A DNA stretch of 44,560 nucleotides from positions 1 through 44,560 of the forward strand of contig JAPYNL010000053.1 of the NCBI GenBank assembly GCA_028285795.1, in the 5' to 3' direction. A model generated the notes under the pieces. It was not told the origin of the DNA, searched no databases, and saw only the letters and a list, made by a program, of their open reading frames with translations. Origin of the DNA: Arenicellales bacterium. GTDB lineage: Bacteria > Pseudomonadota > Gammaproteobacteria > Arenicellales > Poriferihabitantaceae. Made by a program: the position numbers and the translations under genes. This document shows positions 9,209-19,801 of the stretch, one piece after another (position 1 is the stretch's first letter; each line of letters opens with the position of its first letter).

Positions 9209-11526
9209 AAGACGGTGCTCCACTCGACTTACTGAACGTTAGAAATCTGAGTGCGGGTTACTCTGGAATTTCAGTGCTCCGGGACGTCGACCTGCAGGTC
9301 AGTGAAGGTGAGTGTGTTGGCCTGTTCGGCCACAACGGCATGGGCAAGTCGACACTGCTCCGCACCCTGATTGGATTAATTCATCCACTCTCGGGGAGCA
9401 TCGAATTCGACGGTGAGGACATCACTCATCTGCCAACATGGAAACGTGCAAGGCTGGGAATCGGATATCTTCCTCAAGGACGGGGAATTTTTCCGAGTTT
9501 AAATGTCGCAGACAACGTTGGCATTGCATTTAACCCTGACACTCGGGACAAGGATGAATGGTCAGCCCTAGAAGGCGCAATTACGCGCTTTCCGATTCTG
9601 GAATCACTGATAAAGCAAGCAGGGGGTACCTTAAGCGGTGGAGAGCAACAAGTACTGGCGCTTGCTCGTGCTCTCACAGCAGATCCAGTCATGTTGCTGC
9701 TGGATGAGCCCACAGAAGGAATTCAACCTTCCATTGTCATGGAAATTGCCAGCGAGCTCTCCTCAATCGCAAGAAATTCCGGCTTAACCATCTTGATGGT
9801 AGAACAAAATATCGATTTCCTGAATGTGCTCGCGGACCGTGTCCTTCATATTGAAAACGGCCGGGTGACAGATCAGCAACGGTCCTCTTCGGGTATTGCC
9901 CAACCACCAAAACCGACTCCCCTGCAGTCCGATACTTCAATACCCACAACCAACCATGATCCCGATGTATCAATCGATGTCAAGGCCGCACCAATTCCAG
10001 AGAAACAAATGGCAGTAACAAGACCCACAATTGATCAAATGGAAAAGATTTCCTCGGACCTGCATTTTCATATCGACCGAAACGCCCTGTCTGAATATCT
10101 AGATCTGGCTCAATCCACGATTGACGCCTATGACGTTGTAAATGCGATGCCAGATGAATTACCCGTGGTGAAATACCCGAGAGCTGGTGGATATGTGCCA
10201 GCAGAATCCGAGAACCCGCTGAATGCCTGGTACGTGAAATGCGATATCCCAGGAGCCGCAGATGGGCCACTCAAAGGCAAGAATATTGTTTTGAAGGATA
10301 CGATATGTCTGTCCGGCGTTCGTATGATGAATGGTTCCTCAATTCTGGATGGATACGTACCAGATGTTGATGCATCAATTGTTACGCGCACTCTGGATGC
10401 TGGAGCAAGAATAATCGGAAAAGCGCATTGCGAGTATCTCTGTCTGTCCGGAGGTAGTCATACCAGTGCCGGTGGTCCAGTGAAGAACCCTTGGCGTACC
10501 ACTCATTCTTCTGGTGGTTCTTCATCAGGTTGTGGCGCTCTGGTCGGTTCAGGAGAGGTGTCCATGGCAATCGGCGGGGATCAGGGAGGCTCAATCAGGA
10601 TCCCATCTTCATGGTCGGGCTGCTATGGAATGAAACCGACCCATGGTCTGGTGCCATACACCGGTGTTATGGCGATTGAGACCACCATCGATCATGTCGG
10701 ACCCATGACCCGAACCGTATGTGACAACGCATTGTTACTCGAAGCTATCGCAGGTTATGATGACGGTCTCGACCCCCGTCAGTACAATACGAAAACCCAT
10801 GTCTACAGCAAGGAATTGCTACAGGGCATTGCTGGATTGAGGATTGGCGTAGTCGCTGAAGGATTTGGGTGGCCAAACAGTGAATCGGACGTTGACGAGG
10901 CTGTACGCTCAGCGATAAATTTACTGTGCTCAATGGGTGCAGCAATTGATGAAGTGTCGATTCCCATGCATCGACAAGGTGCCGCAATATGGACACCTAT
11001 CGCACTTGAGGGACTCACCGATTTAATGATGCATGGCAATGCCTTCGGAACGAATTACCGCGGATTGTATCTAACTGGCTTGATTGACCACTATGCCAAC
11101 TGGCGGAACCGGGCTGATGAATTGTCTGCGAGCCTCAAGATTTGCATGATGATTGGCGAGTATTTTATCAAGCATCATAGGGGCCGGTACTATGGGAAAT
11201 CACAAAATCTCTCGCGTCGACTGCGCCATGCCTATGACGATGCTTTTCAGCAATTTGATCTTTTGGTCATGCCAACGATCCAAATGAAGGCTACCCCCCT
11301 GCCGCCGCCCGATGCACCGCTATCGCTGTATATTCAGAGAGCATTTGAAATGATTGTCAATACCGCGCCGTTTAATTGCACAGGGCATCCTGCGATGAGT
11401 ATTCCATGTGCACTCCGGGACGGACTACCGGTCGGCATGATGCTGGTCGGCAAACATCTGGATGAGTCGACAATTTACCGGGCCGCATACGAATTCGAAC
11501 AGTCATCCAACTGGCAGGATCTTTGA
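9205..11526 (+). CDS. Fusion of ABC ATP-binding domain (UrtE/LivF) and amidase-signature amidase
   Basis: About aa 1-220: [33 protein letters not shown]-rich linker follows. The amidase starts at MAVTRP (ATG 10009) with [47 protein letters not shown]. There is no stop codon between the domains. Confidence 0.9.
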   Translation: MKDGAPLDLLNVRNLSAGYSGISVLRDVDLQVSEGECVGLFGHNGMGKSTLLRTLIGLIHPLSGSIEFDGEDITHLPTWKRARLGIGYLPQGRGIFPSLNVADNVGIAFNPDTRDKDEWSALEGAITRFPILESLIKQAGGTLSGGEQQVLALARALTADPVMLLLDEPTEGIQPSIVMEIASELSSIARNSGLTILMVEQNIDFLNVLADRVLHIENGRVTDQQRSSSGIAQPPKPTPLQSDTSIPTTNHDPDVSIDVKAAPIPEKQMAVTRPTIDQMEKISSDLHFHIDRNALSEYLDLAQSTIDAYDVVNAMPDELPVVKYPRAGGYVPAESENPLNAWYVKCDIPGAADGPLKGKNIVLKDTICLSGVRMMNGSSILDGYVPDVDASIVTRTLDAGARIIGKAHCEYLCLSGGSHTSAGGPVKNPWRTTHSSGGSSSGCGALVGSGEVSMAIGGDQGGSIRIPSSWSGCYGMKPTHGLVPYTGVMAIETTIDHVGPMTRTVCDNALLLEAIAGYDDGLDPRQYNTKTHVYSKELLQGIAGLRIGVVAEGFGWPNSESDVDEAVRSAINLLCSMGAAIDEVSIPMHRQGAAIWTPIALEGLTDLMMHGNAFGTNYRGLYLTGLIDHYANWRNRADELSASLKICMMIGEYFIKHHRGRYYGKSQNLSRRLRHAYDDAFQQFDLLVMPTIQMKATPLPPPDAPLSLYIQRAFEMIVNTAPFNCTGHPAMSIPCALRDGLPVGMMLVGKHLDESTIYRAAYEFEQSSNWQDL

Positions 11527-11533
11527 TTGCCCA

Positions 11534-13354
11534 ATGACCAAGCTCAGCGAACCAATTACTGATCTTTCCAAACCGCTGATTGACCATCTAGCCATTCCCG
11601 TAGGTTCGTCTTCTTCGTCGATGACCCATAGCCAAAAATCTATTCGCAAATTCGTGCAGGCCGGTATGTCCCATGTCAGTGGGGATACAACAACTCCCCT
11701 GCTCGAATTATCCATCCCGGAATTGGTCAACGAGACTGTTCGCAACCACTCCAAGCGAACGGCCGTGGTGTTTTGCGATCAGGACATCCGGAAAACCTGG
11801 CAGGAGTTTGCGACAGATATTGATCGACTTGCGGCAGGATTTCTGGCTCTGGGACTGAAGAAAGGTGATCGTCTGGGCATCTGGTCACCGAATCGCTATG
11901 AGTGGCTGCTAACTCAATTTGCCACTGCCCGTACAGGGGTGATTCTGGTCACCATCAACCCTGCCTACAGGATATCTGAACTAAAGCATGTACTGGAAAC
12001 CTCGGGATGCAAGGCCCTTGTGATGGCCCAGAAATTCAAGTCCAGTAATTATGTTGAAATGCTCCTGCAACTAAAAGTGAATGCATTCACATCCGGATCT
12101 TCCAAATCGAGTTTGTCGAATCTGGAACATGCGATCATCATCCAAAATCAGGATCAGAGTGAAAGACCGGTTGGAATGCATGCATTTTCCGAAATCATGG
12201 ATTTGTCCGGCCCCGCACATATTTTGCGTCTCGAAGAAATTAGTGCCCATCTCAACCCGGATGATGCAATCAATATCCAGTTTACCAGTGGGACAACCGG
12301 TTTGCCGAAAGGTGCCACTCTTTCCCATCGGAATATTCTTAACAACGGAAAGTTTGTCACGGATGCCCAAGGATTTATGGAAAATGACACGTTATGCATA
12401 CCTGTTCCCCTGTATCACTGTTTTGGAATGGTTATGGGAGCCCTTGGCTGTGCGACCAAAGGTGCGGCCATGGTATTTCCTTCGGAAAGCTTCGTAGCAA
12501 AAGATACTGTCCGTGCGATAGCTAGAGAGGGTTGCACGGCATTGTATGGTGTACCCACCATGTTCAATGCAATACTGAATCTGGAAGACTTTGATTCGTA
12601 TGACTTGACCTCTCTGAGAACCGGGGTTATGGCAGGTGCACCCTGTCCGATTGAAACCATGAAACGGGTTGTCGATGATATGCACATGACAGAGGTTACA
12701 ATTGCCTATGGCATGACTGAAACAAGCCCGGTTTCTTTTCAAAGCAATCTGGATGACCCTATTGAAATGCGGGTATCGAAAGTCGGCCGGGTCCATCCGC
12801 ATGTGGAATGTCGCGTTATTGATGGCGAGGGCAATACGGTACCAGTGGGGCAACAGGGTGAGTTATGCACTCGCGGCTATTCGGTCATGAAGGGATACTG
12901 GAACGATCCCACACAAACCAGGGCTTCAATCGACACTGATGGCTGGATGCATTCGGGTGATTTGGCCATTATTGATAATATGGGGTATTGCAACATTGTT
13001 GGTCGCGTCAAGGATATGATTATTCGTGGTGGAGAAAATATCTATCCAAAGGAAATCGAGGAATATCTCCACCAGCATCCGGGAATTCAGGATGTCCAGG
13101 TGTTCGGTGTCCCGGACCACCATCTGGGTGAAGAAGTATGTGCGTGGGTAGTTCCGGTAGATTCTCAAGGCTTGAGCGAACAGGATATCATTGCTTTCTG
13201 CAAGGGGCAAATTGCCCATTACAAGGTACCTCGTTATGTACGAATTCGCAATGACTTGCCAATGACGGTTACCGGAAAGGCACAAAAGTACAAAATGAGG
13301 GAGGCTATGCTCAAGGAATTGAAATTGGAAAACCATATTGGGCCCGAGGCATAA
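11534..13354 (+). CDS. AMP-binding acyl-CoA synthetase (ACSF2/FadD-like)
   Basis: [57 protein letters not shown]. Start placed at the ATG just after the amidase stop; the ORF track starts at 11462. Confidence 0.92.
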   Translation: MTKLSEPITDLSKPLIDHLAIPVGSSSSSMTHSQKSIRKFVQAGMSHVSGDTTTPLLELSIPELVNETVRNHSKRTAVVFCDQDIRKTWQEFATDIDRLAAGFLALGLKKGDRLGIWSPNRYEWLLTQFATARTGVILVTINPAYRISELKHVLETSGCKALVMAQKFKSSNYVEMLLQLKVNAFTSGSSKSSLSNLEHAIIIQNQDQSERPVGMHAFSEIMDLSGPAHILRLEEISAHLNPDDAINIQFTSGTTGLPKGATLSHRNILNNGKFVTDAQGFMENDTLCIPVPLYHCFGMVMGALGCATKGAAMVFPSESFVAKDTVRAIAREGCTALYGVPTMFNAILNLEDFDSYDLTSLRTGVMAGAPCPIETMKRVVDDMHMTEVTIAYGMTETSPVSFQSNLDDPIEMRVSKVGRVHPHVECRVIDGEGNTVPVGQQGELCTRGYSVMKGYWNDPTQTRASIDTDGWMHSGDLAIIDNMGYCNIVGRVKDMIIRGGENIYPKEIEEYLHQHPGIQDVQVFGVPDHHLGEEVCAWVVPVDSQGLSEQDIIAFCKGQIAHYKVPRYVRIRNDLPMTVTGKAQKYKMREAMLKELKLENHIGPEA

Positions 13355-13369
13355 TATCCGCTGCAGTGG

Positions 13370-13397
13370 CTTGACCGCTGTTAAGCTTGGGTCAAGT
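13370..13397 (+). terminator. Possible stem-loop after the acyl-CoA synthetase
   Basis: Inverted repeat cttgacc...ggtcaag just after the stop at 13354; no U-tract. Confidence 0.3.
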
Positions 13398-13407
13398 AAT
13401 GCCATTG

Positions 13408-13624
13408 ATGCGAAGCCGGGGTCGGGCTAGGAATAGTCATGTCTTCCTGTTTGTGGGGCGTGCCATCTGATCTTGCTAGCATTAAGGTGCGTGAGTCGAT
13501 CATTCGGCACCGGATCGGTGTCATCAAGCGTGCTTCCACAATGTTGACACCTGCTGCTTCTGCCCTGTTTTCACTGGCTGTTGAACGACTGTCAAACAAT
13601 GCAAGCAACCGCGTTATTGGATGA
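13408..13624 (+). pseudogene. Decayed duplicate of the 3' end of the LysR gene at 601-817
   Basis: Ungapped alignment of 601-817 with 13408-13624 gives 50 mismatches in 217 nt by hand and the same stop position. Protein: IKVRESIIRHRIGVIKRASTMLTPAASALFSL versus IKVREPVIRHRIGIIKRTSTVLTPAASALFSL. Confidence 0.88.
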
Positions 13625-13653
13625 CTTGACCGGCCGAATCTCCTGCTTCAGGA

Positions 13654-14628
13654 CTAGGCAGCCGAAGATTTATCGCCGATTGCTCTTGCGCCAGTCCCGT
13701 CAGCAGCACCATTCAGGGATTTCAGGTATCCGGCAATCGCTCTCTCGGGATTCCGGTTCTCGGCATTGACCCACGCTACACCGGATTGATTGCGCAACCA
13801 TGTCAACTGCCGCTTTGCAAGCTGCCGGGTCGCCGCCATGCCCTTTTCGATCATTTCGGCATTGGTTGACCTGCCATTAAGATAGTCAATCACCTGACGA
13901 TATCCGACACTGCGCATGGAAGGCGGGATTTCAGGGGTATCAAGTGTTTTGGTCAGAGTTTCAACTTCACGCACCAGCCCTTTCTCGATCATCTCCAGAA
14001 AGCGCTCCTTGATCCGCTCATGCAGAATTGGGCGAGGACGAAACAGGGCGATTTTTTGATATTGAATTTGCATGCCCTGGGGACGGGATTCTGCCATCAG
14101 CGATGAAGGAGACCGGCCGCTAATCATGAATATCTCCAGTGCTCTCTTGAGCCGCTGGGCATCATGGATCCTGATTTTCTCCGCACTCACTGGATCAGCC
14201 TCTGCAAGCTGTTGGTGCAGGTATTCCAGACCCCTTTCCCTCCCGATCCGCTCAATTTCGGACCGTACCGCTGGATCCGCACCGGGCAGTCTTGATATCC
14301 CGTTTTCCAATACCGAAAAATAGAACATGGTGCCGCCCACCAGAAGCGGTGTTCTGCCTCTGGCCAGGACCGATCCAATGAGCGACAGGGCATCGTCCCT
14401 GAACTCGGCGGCCGAATAGCTCTCGGTAATGTCGCGAATATCGATCAGGTGATGGGGAACGCGTTGCCGGAACTCCCGGTCCGGCTTTGCCGTGCCGATG
14501 TTCATGCCCCTATAGACCTGGCCGGAATCCACACTGATCAACTCCGCATCCAGATGCTTGCAGAGCTGACCGGCGACCGATGACTTGCCGACTGCTGTCG
14601 GACCCATCAGAAATACCGCAATGGGCAT
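13654..14628 (-). CDS. miaA: tRNA (adenosine(37)-N6)-dimethylallyltransferase
   Basis: MGPTAVGKS, ISVDSGQVYRGMNIGTAKP, LVGGTMFY, ATRQLAKRQLTW; directly downstream of mutL. Confidence 0.97.
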   Translation of the reverse strand: MPIAVFLMGPTAVGKSSVAGQLCKHLDAELISVDSGQVYRGMNIGTAKPDREFRQRVPHHLIDIRDITESYSAAEFRDDALSLIGSVLARGRTPLLVGGTMFYFSVLENGISRLPGADPAVRSEIERIGRERGLEYLHQQLAEADPVSAEKIRIHDAQRLKRALEIFMISGRSPSSLMAESRPQGMQIQYQKIALFRPRPILHERIKERFLEMIEKGLVREVETLTKTLDTPEIPPSMRSVGYRQVIDYLNGRSTNAEMIEKGMAATRQLAKRQLTWLRNQSGVAWVNAENRNPERAIAGYLKSLNGAADGTGARAIGDKSSAA

Positions 14629-14635
14629 GGAAAGC

Positions 14636-16444
14636 CTACCTGCCACGCATGAACCACTTATCAAGATCGGCCATTGTAATACTCATCCAGGTTGGGCGGC
14701 CATGGTTGCACTGCCCTGAGCGTTCAACTGACTCAATCTGTCGCAATAATGCATCCATTTCAGGAATTTCCAGTTTTCTATTTGCGCGAATTGCGCCGTG
14801 GCAGGCAATGGAAGAAAGAACTTCGTTAATTTCATTTCGCGGGCGATCGCTACTCCCATGCTCCAGAAGGTCGGATGCGGTATCCCGAATCACGGCTTCG
14901 ATGTCACTGTTCTTCAGCAATTCCGGGACCGTGCGGATTACCACCTGATCCTGGGCAAACACTTCCAGTTCAAATCCAAGCCTGCCCAATTCATCTATAT
15001 GGGATTCCAGACAGCGAACCTCCGAGAAGGACATGGCAATCCTGATCGGAACCAGCAGGGGTTGGGCCGGCATCGAATCCCGGGCATCCAGTTGCTGCTT
15101 GAGTGCTTCATAGGTTATTCGCTCGTGTGCAGCATGCATATCCACCATAATCAATCCATCCCTGTTTTCAGCAAGGATGTAGACCCCCTTGATTTGAGCA
15201 ATCGCATATCCGAGAGGAGGCATATCCACAGCCTCATCCTCCCTGTCCCTTGACCTGGACTGATTCAAGCCCATATCCCAGATGCTGGCGGTCAAGCCAC
15301 CCGCAGAAGTCTGATCCGGATCTGGCATTCTGATGCGTTGCTGAGTTCCGCCTGAAATGCCCGACGGGCGGGCTTGAGCTCTGCCAGCGGTGTCCGGCAA
15401 AGGCAGCGCGACCTCTCCTTCCTCTGGCGAAATCCCTGCAACGGCCCGGTTCAGGATTCTGAAAATAAAGTCATAAACAGCTCGGCTTTCCCGGAACCGG
15501 ACTTCATTCTTGGACGGATGGACATTCACGTCGACCAGTTTTGAATCCAGTTTCAGAAACAGTACAAATGCGGGATGTCGCCCGTGATAGAGCACGTCGC
15601 TGTAGGCCCTTTTAACCGCATGCGAGACCAGGTGATCGATAACCGGTCTCCCATTGACAAAAAAATACTGCAAGTCTCTCTGGCTCCTTGAGAATGTCGG
15701 CAGGCCAATCCAGCCCTCAAGTGCATAGGCATCGACCTCATGATCGATATAGATGGATTGAGTGGTAAACGGATGACCGCAAATCTTGATCAGGCGCTGG
15801 GTCATGATTGCCACATTCTGGGCTCTGGAAACCTGAAATACGGTTTTTCCATCACGCATGAAATCGATAGCCACGCCTGGATTGCCCAGTGCGATCCTGC
15901 GGACTATGGCATCGCAATGATTGAACTCAGTCTGTTCAGTACGCAGGAATTTCCGTCGAGCCGGAGTATTGAAGAATAAATCCTCGACCTCAACAGTTGT
16001 ACCAATCGCATGGGCCATGGGCCTGATCTCACCAGATGGCGTACCGCCATGAGAACGATATTCATGTCCCAAATCCTCTTGTACCACCCTGGTTTTCAGG
16101 CTGAGCCTTGATACGGCAGCAATACTCGGCAAAGCCTCGCCCCTGAAGCCCATCGTGGTCAGGCTGAACAGATCGTCTGCGGAATTGAGTTTGCTGGTCG
16201 CATGCCGCGAAACAGCCAGCGGAATCTGGCTGAGTGGAATGCCGCATCCGTTATCGCTGACGGAAACGCGCTTTATTCCGCCACGATCAATGTGGACACG
16301 AATTTCAGTGGCACCGGCATCCAGGCTGTTTTCGAGCAATTCCTTGAGTAGTGATGAGGGACGTTCGACCACTTCCCCCGCCGCGATCTGATTGACCAGA
16401 TTGTCATCGAGAATTCGGATTTCGGCAGGAGGTTGCTTTTGCAT
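14636..16444 (-). CDS. mutL: DNA mismatch repair protein MutL
   Basis: NQIAAGEVVERP, KELLENSLDAGA, GFRGEAL, DVNVHPSK, endonuclease motif DMHAAHERITYE, CNHGRPT. Confidence 0.98.
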   Translation of the reverse strand: MQKQPPAEIRILDDNLVNQIAAGEVVERPSSLLKELLENSLDAGATEIRVHIDRGGIKRVSVSDNGCGIPLSQIPLAVSRHATSKLNSADDLFSLTTMGFRGEALPSIAAVSRLSLKTRVVQEDLGHEYRSHGGTPSGEIRPMAHAIGTTVEVEDLFFNTPARRKFLRTEQTEFNHCDAIVRRIALGNPGVAIDFMRDGKTVFQVSRAQNVAIMTQRLIKICGHPFTTQSIYIDHEVDAYALEGWIGLPTFSRSQRDLQYFFVNGRPVIDHLVSHAVKRAYSDVLYHGRHPAFVLFLKLDSKLVDVNVHPSKNEVRFRESRAVYDFIFRILNRAVAGISPEEGEVALPLPDTAGRAQARPSGISGGTQQRIRMPDPDQTSAGGLTASIWDMGLNQSRSRDREDEAVDMPPLGYAIAQIKGVYILAENRDGLIMVDMHAAHERITYEALKQQLDARDSMPAQPLLVPIRIAMSFSEVRCLESHIDELGRLGFELEVFAQDQVVIRTVPELLKNSDIEAVIRDTASDLLEHGSSDRPRNEINEVLSSIACHGAIRANRKLEIPEMDALLRQIESVERSGQCNHGRPTWMSITMADLDKWFMRGR

Positions 16445-16491
16445 CCGATTCAGGAGGGGTAATAACTGGGTAAAGTCGGAAAAACTGCCAA

Positions 16492-17658
16492 TCAGTACTG
16501 GTAGGCATATATGCCTTGATTTTTGCGCAGATACCGCTTGATGCCGTTAGTAACTGCAGTAGCCAGTTTGGACTGATGTGACTTGGTTCCCAGCAACTTC
16601 TCTTCACTTGGGTTGGTAATGTAGGCCGTCTCGACAAGAATTGAAGGAATGTCCGGTGACTTCAGAACCGCAAAACCCGCCTGTTCCACCCGTTTGCTAT
16701 GTATCTTTCCGATTTTCTTCAGTTCATCAAGCACCTCCCGGCCAAAGCTGATGCTTTCACTCACGGTTTTGGTCATGGACAAATCCAGCAGGACTTCAGC
16801 GAGTAAATCATCCTTGTCCGATATGCTGACCCCGCCCGCCAGATCTGCCGAATTTTCCTTGTCTGCCAGCCATCTCGCCGTTTCGCTAGTGGCTCCTCTT
16901 TGGGACAGGGCATAAACAGAAGCACCTTGAGCCCTGGTATTATGATGACCGTCCGCATGCACCGATATAAACAAGTCAGCATTCATATTGCGGGCCATGA
17001 TGATCCGACGCCTCAAACTGATGTAGTAATCACTGGTGCGGGTCAGCTCAGCCCGCAATCCCGGCTCCCCATCGATCATTTTCTTCAGTTTTTTCGCGAC
17101 AGAAAGAACAATTGTCTTCTCATACGAATGTTTGCCCACGGCACCCGGGTCCTCGCCACCATGACCCGCATCAATGACAACCAGAATATCACCCGTTCGT
17201 TCTCTCTGCTGTCCCGGAACCGCCGAGCTTTTCAGGGGCGGTGCCGGTTGCTCAACATGGTCTTCATCGTAAAAATCAATCACCAGACGATATTGATATC
17301 TGTCAAACGGCCTTAACAGCTGTAATTCGTAGCGAATTGGCTTCGAGATTTCAAAAACCACTCGCAGCGTATCGGGCTTAGGGTTGCCTGATCGCATTTT
17401 TCCGACATACGGGCCGAGTTGATCCGGGGGCGGCATGGGTCTGCCAAGCACAGAACGTTCCAGATCAACAACCAGACGGTCTGGAGATTTTAGGGTGTAG
17501 ACCCTGTAATCCGGTTCCTTGTCGATATCGAAGACAAAACGTGAACGCTCAGGCGCATGCCACATTCGAATGTCTTCGACAACTGCTGATTCTGCAAGAG
17601 CCGGAACACTGACCAGGCCCAGAAGTAAAACCAGTTTAATGATCGACAATGGCTTCAT
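16492..17658 (-). CDS. amiB: N-acetylmuramoyl-L-alanine amidase (AMIN + Amidase_3)
   Basis: Signal peptide, AMIN domain (PDRLVVDL), IDAGHGGEDPGA, FISVHAD, FAVLKSPDIPSILVET; sits between tsaE and mutL. Confidence 0.9.
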   Translation of the reverse strand: MKPLSIIKLVLLLGLVSVPALAESAVVEDIRMWHAPERSRFVFDIDKEPDYRVYTLKSPDRLVVDLERSVLGRPMPPPDQLGPYVGKMRSGNPKPDTLRVVFEISKPIRYELQLLRPFDRYQYRLVIDFYDEDHVEQPAPPLKSSAVPGQQRERTGDILVVIDAGHGGEDPGAVGKHSYEKTIVLSVAKKLKKMIDGEPGLRAELTRTSDYYISLRRRIIMARNMNADLFISVHADGHHNTRAQGASVYALSQRGATSETARWLADKENSADLAGGVSISDKDDLLAEVLLDLSMTKTVSESISFGREVLDELKKIGKIHSKRVEQAGFAVLKSPDIPSILVETAYITNPSEEKLLGTKSHQSKLATAVTNGIKRYLRKNQGIYAYQY

Positions 17659-18092
17659 GGTGCAGAAATCAGGTCTGGATCAAGAAAAATTTTCCTGCCT
17701 CGTTCGAATATCCTTATGCGAATCGTCAGGGATGGTTCAGGCAAATTACCGGCAAACTTCTCAGGCCATTCAATCAGGCACACGGCATGCCCGTCAAGCA
17801 AATCTCTCAATCCCAAGTTCTCAATGTCACCTTGTCTGTTCAAACGGTACAGATCAAGATGATAAACATCATGGCGGCAAGTCGCATAGGGTTCAATCAG
17901 GGTATAGGTTGGACTTACCACATTATCCAGGCACCCCAGGCCTGACAAAATGCCTCTTGCCAGAGTGGTTTTTCCAGCCCCCAGCTCGCCGATCAGGTAG
18001 ACCACCTCTCCGGGTACAATTTTATCGGATAGGGTTTCACCGAATTCAAGCATGGATGACTCATCATCAATTCGATGAGATGGTGCAAGCAT
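17655..18092 (-). CDS. tsaE: tRNA threonylcarbamoyladenosine biosynthesis ATPase TsaE
   Basis: GELGAGKTT, VVSPTYTL, YHLDLYRL, LIEWPE. Confidence 0.96.
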   Translation of the reverse strand: MLAPSHRIDDESSMLEFGETLSDKIVPGEVVYLIGELGAGKTTLARGILSGLGCLDNVVSPTYTLIEPYATCRHDVYHLDLYRLNRQGDIENLGLRDLLDGHAVCLIEWPEKFAGNLPEPSLTIRIRIFERGRKIFLDPDLISAP

Positions 18093-18175
18093 AGTTTCGC
18101 TGGGTCCGAGCCTTAACCGGGCAGTACAAACCAGGTTCCAATTATAACCGTTTCGGCATGCCTTGAATCCTGATG

Positions 18176-19735
18176 TTAATTCCCGTCACGGGCTTCCGGA
18201 AACTCCTCCCATCCATTTTCTTTCCGTAAGGACTCCCCGGAGATACTCCTGTAGACCGCAGGCAGGAAATCAATCACGTCGGTAGCAACAAGCGAGTATT
18301 CAGTCAAACGTCGCGCAGCAAGGTCAGCAGCACCGGAATGAACCCATACCGCAAACTCGGCACAATCATTCTGGGGCCATCCAAACGACAAAAATGCACC
18401 GAGTATGCCGCTTAGCACATCTCCCATTCCTGCCGTCGCCATGCCGGGATTTCCACGATCGCAAATCTTGCAGGATTGACGATATCGTGAATTGGCGATG
18501 ACTGTTCCGGAACCCTTCAATATACAGATTCCTCCATAGCGGCCGGCAATCTCCCTGGCAGATTCAATGCGGTCATTCTGGATGTCGCAAGTATCGCAAT
18601 CCAGCAAGCCTGCTGCCTCACCCGGATGCGGCGTCAAAATCCAGTTATCGCGCTTCTGGCGATATTCGGGGCCAGCCAGCAACCGGAGCGCTCCCGCATC
18701 GACAACCATGGGTCCGTCATAATCATTAACCATCTTCAGTACGTCCTGTGCCCAAACCCCATTGTCCAGTCCAGGGCCAACAACCACGGTATCCGCCCTT
18801 TCCAGCAGCTTATGGACCTGATCATGCTCCGCAAGGTCCAGGCTCATCAGTTCCGGGCAATGCACTGCCAGCACACCTGCATGTTCCTTTGTACTCGCAA
18901 CAGTCACGAGTCCACATCCCGCCCGCATTGCAGCACGACCGGCAAGCAGAACTGCACCAAACATTCCCTTTGAACCGCCAAAAATGACCACATCACCATA
19001 CGACCGCTTGTGTGAATTATGAATGCGTGGCGGCAGCTCCCATGGTACAACCAGTTCCGAGAAGGATTCGGCAAACCCATTTCCATCAAAAGGCACGTCC
19101 AGCGATTCATGGATCAAGTGCCCGCAAAAGTCGTATCCATCTCCAGTATGGCAACCAATCTTTCTGGCGATGAACGACACGGTGACACTGGCTTTAATGC
19201 AGGGAGAATAAGCCACGCCCGTATCGCAATTCAGTCCAGATGGAACATCAAGCGCTACAACAGGACGTGAATCTTCATTGGCATCCTGAATCAGGACGCC
19301 GGCAACCCCGCGGGGAGATTCCCAAACCCCGATACCCAGAATCGCATCGACAATGACATCGCCTTCATCCGGTATGGTCTCGACCCCTGGATTGTATTGC
19401 CTGACCACTCCACCCTGCCCAAGATACCTTTGATGCATCAGCCTGGCATCTCTGGTTTTTGGCTCTCCCGTGAAAACAACCTGAACATCAATCCCCTGCG
19501 ATAAAGCGCAGAGAGCCACCACATAGCCATCTCCGCCATTGTTTCCCGAACCGCACAACACCAGAAGACTTGAAATACCCCCATAGCATTCACGAATACG
19601 GTGAAACGCCCGCTTGCCTGCCCTCTCCATCAACTCACTTCCGGGTATTCCATGCTCCTCAATCACGACCCGTTCAAATTCGCGGACTTGCCTTGCGGTA
19701 AGGAGATGCTTGTTCGAACTGCTTAAAGGAATCAT
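18176..19735 (-). CDS. nnr: Bifunctional NAD(P)H-hydrate epimerase/dehydratase
   Basis: LMERAG, CGSGNNGGDG, VDAILG, DVPSG, HKRSYG, VVGPGL, LTPHPGEA, ATAGMGDVLSG; alternative GTG start at 19774. Confidence 0.95.
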   Translation of the reverse strand: MIPLSSSNKHLLTARQVREFERVVIEEHGIPGSELMERAGKRAFHRIRECYGGISSLLVLCGSGNNGGDGYVVALCALSQGIDVQVVFTGEPKTRDARLMHQRYLGQGGVVRQYNPGVETIPDEGDVIVDAILGIGVWESPRGVAGVLIQDANEDSRPVVALDVPSGLNCDTGVAYSPCIKASVTVSFIARKIGCHTGDGYDFCGHLIHESLDVPFDGNGFAESFSELVVPWELPPRIHNSHKRSYGDVVIFGGSKGMFGAVLLAGRAAMRAGCGLVTVASTKEHAGVLAVHCPELMSLDLAEHDQVHKLLERADTVVVGPGLDNGVWAQDVLKMVNDYDGPMVVDAGALRLLAGPEYRQKRDNWILTPHPGEAAGLLDCDTCDIQNDRIESAREIAGRYGGICILKGSGTVIANSRYRQSCKICDRGNPGMATAGMGDVLSGILGAFLSFGWPQNDCAEFAVWVHSGAADLAARRLTEYSLVATDVIDFLPAVYRSISGESLRKENGWEEFPEARDGN

Positions 19736-19801
19736 TGGTTGTTTTCTCTCATGCCCTGAATGAATAATTTGCACATTTTTGATCTCCGAGGATATCTCCC
19801 A

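Noticed and set aside
5169-9900. Naming the transporter urtABCDE (urea uptake)
   Set aside because: The family is right, but no urease is nearby and the linked amidase points to another amide, so no gene symbols were given.
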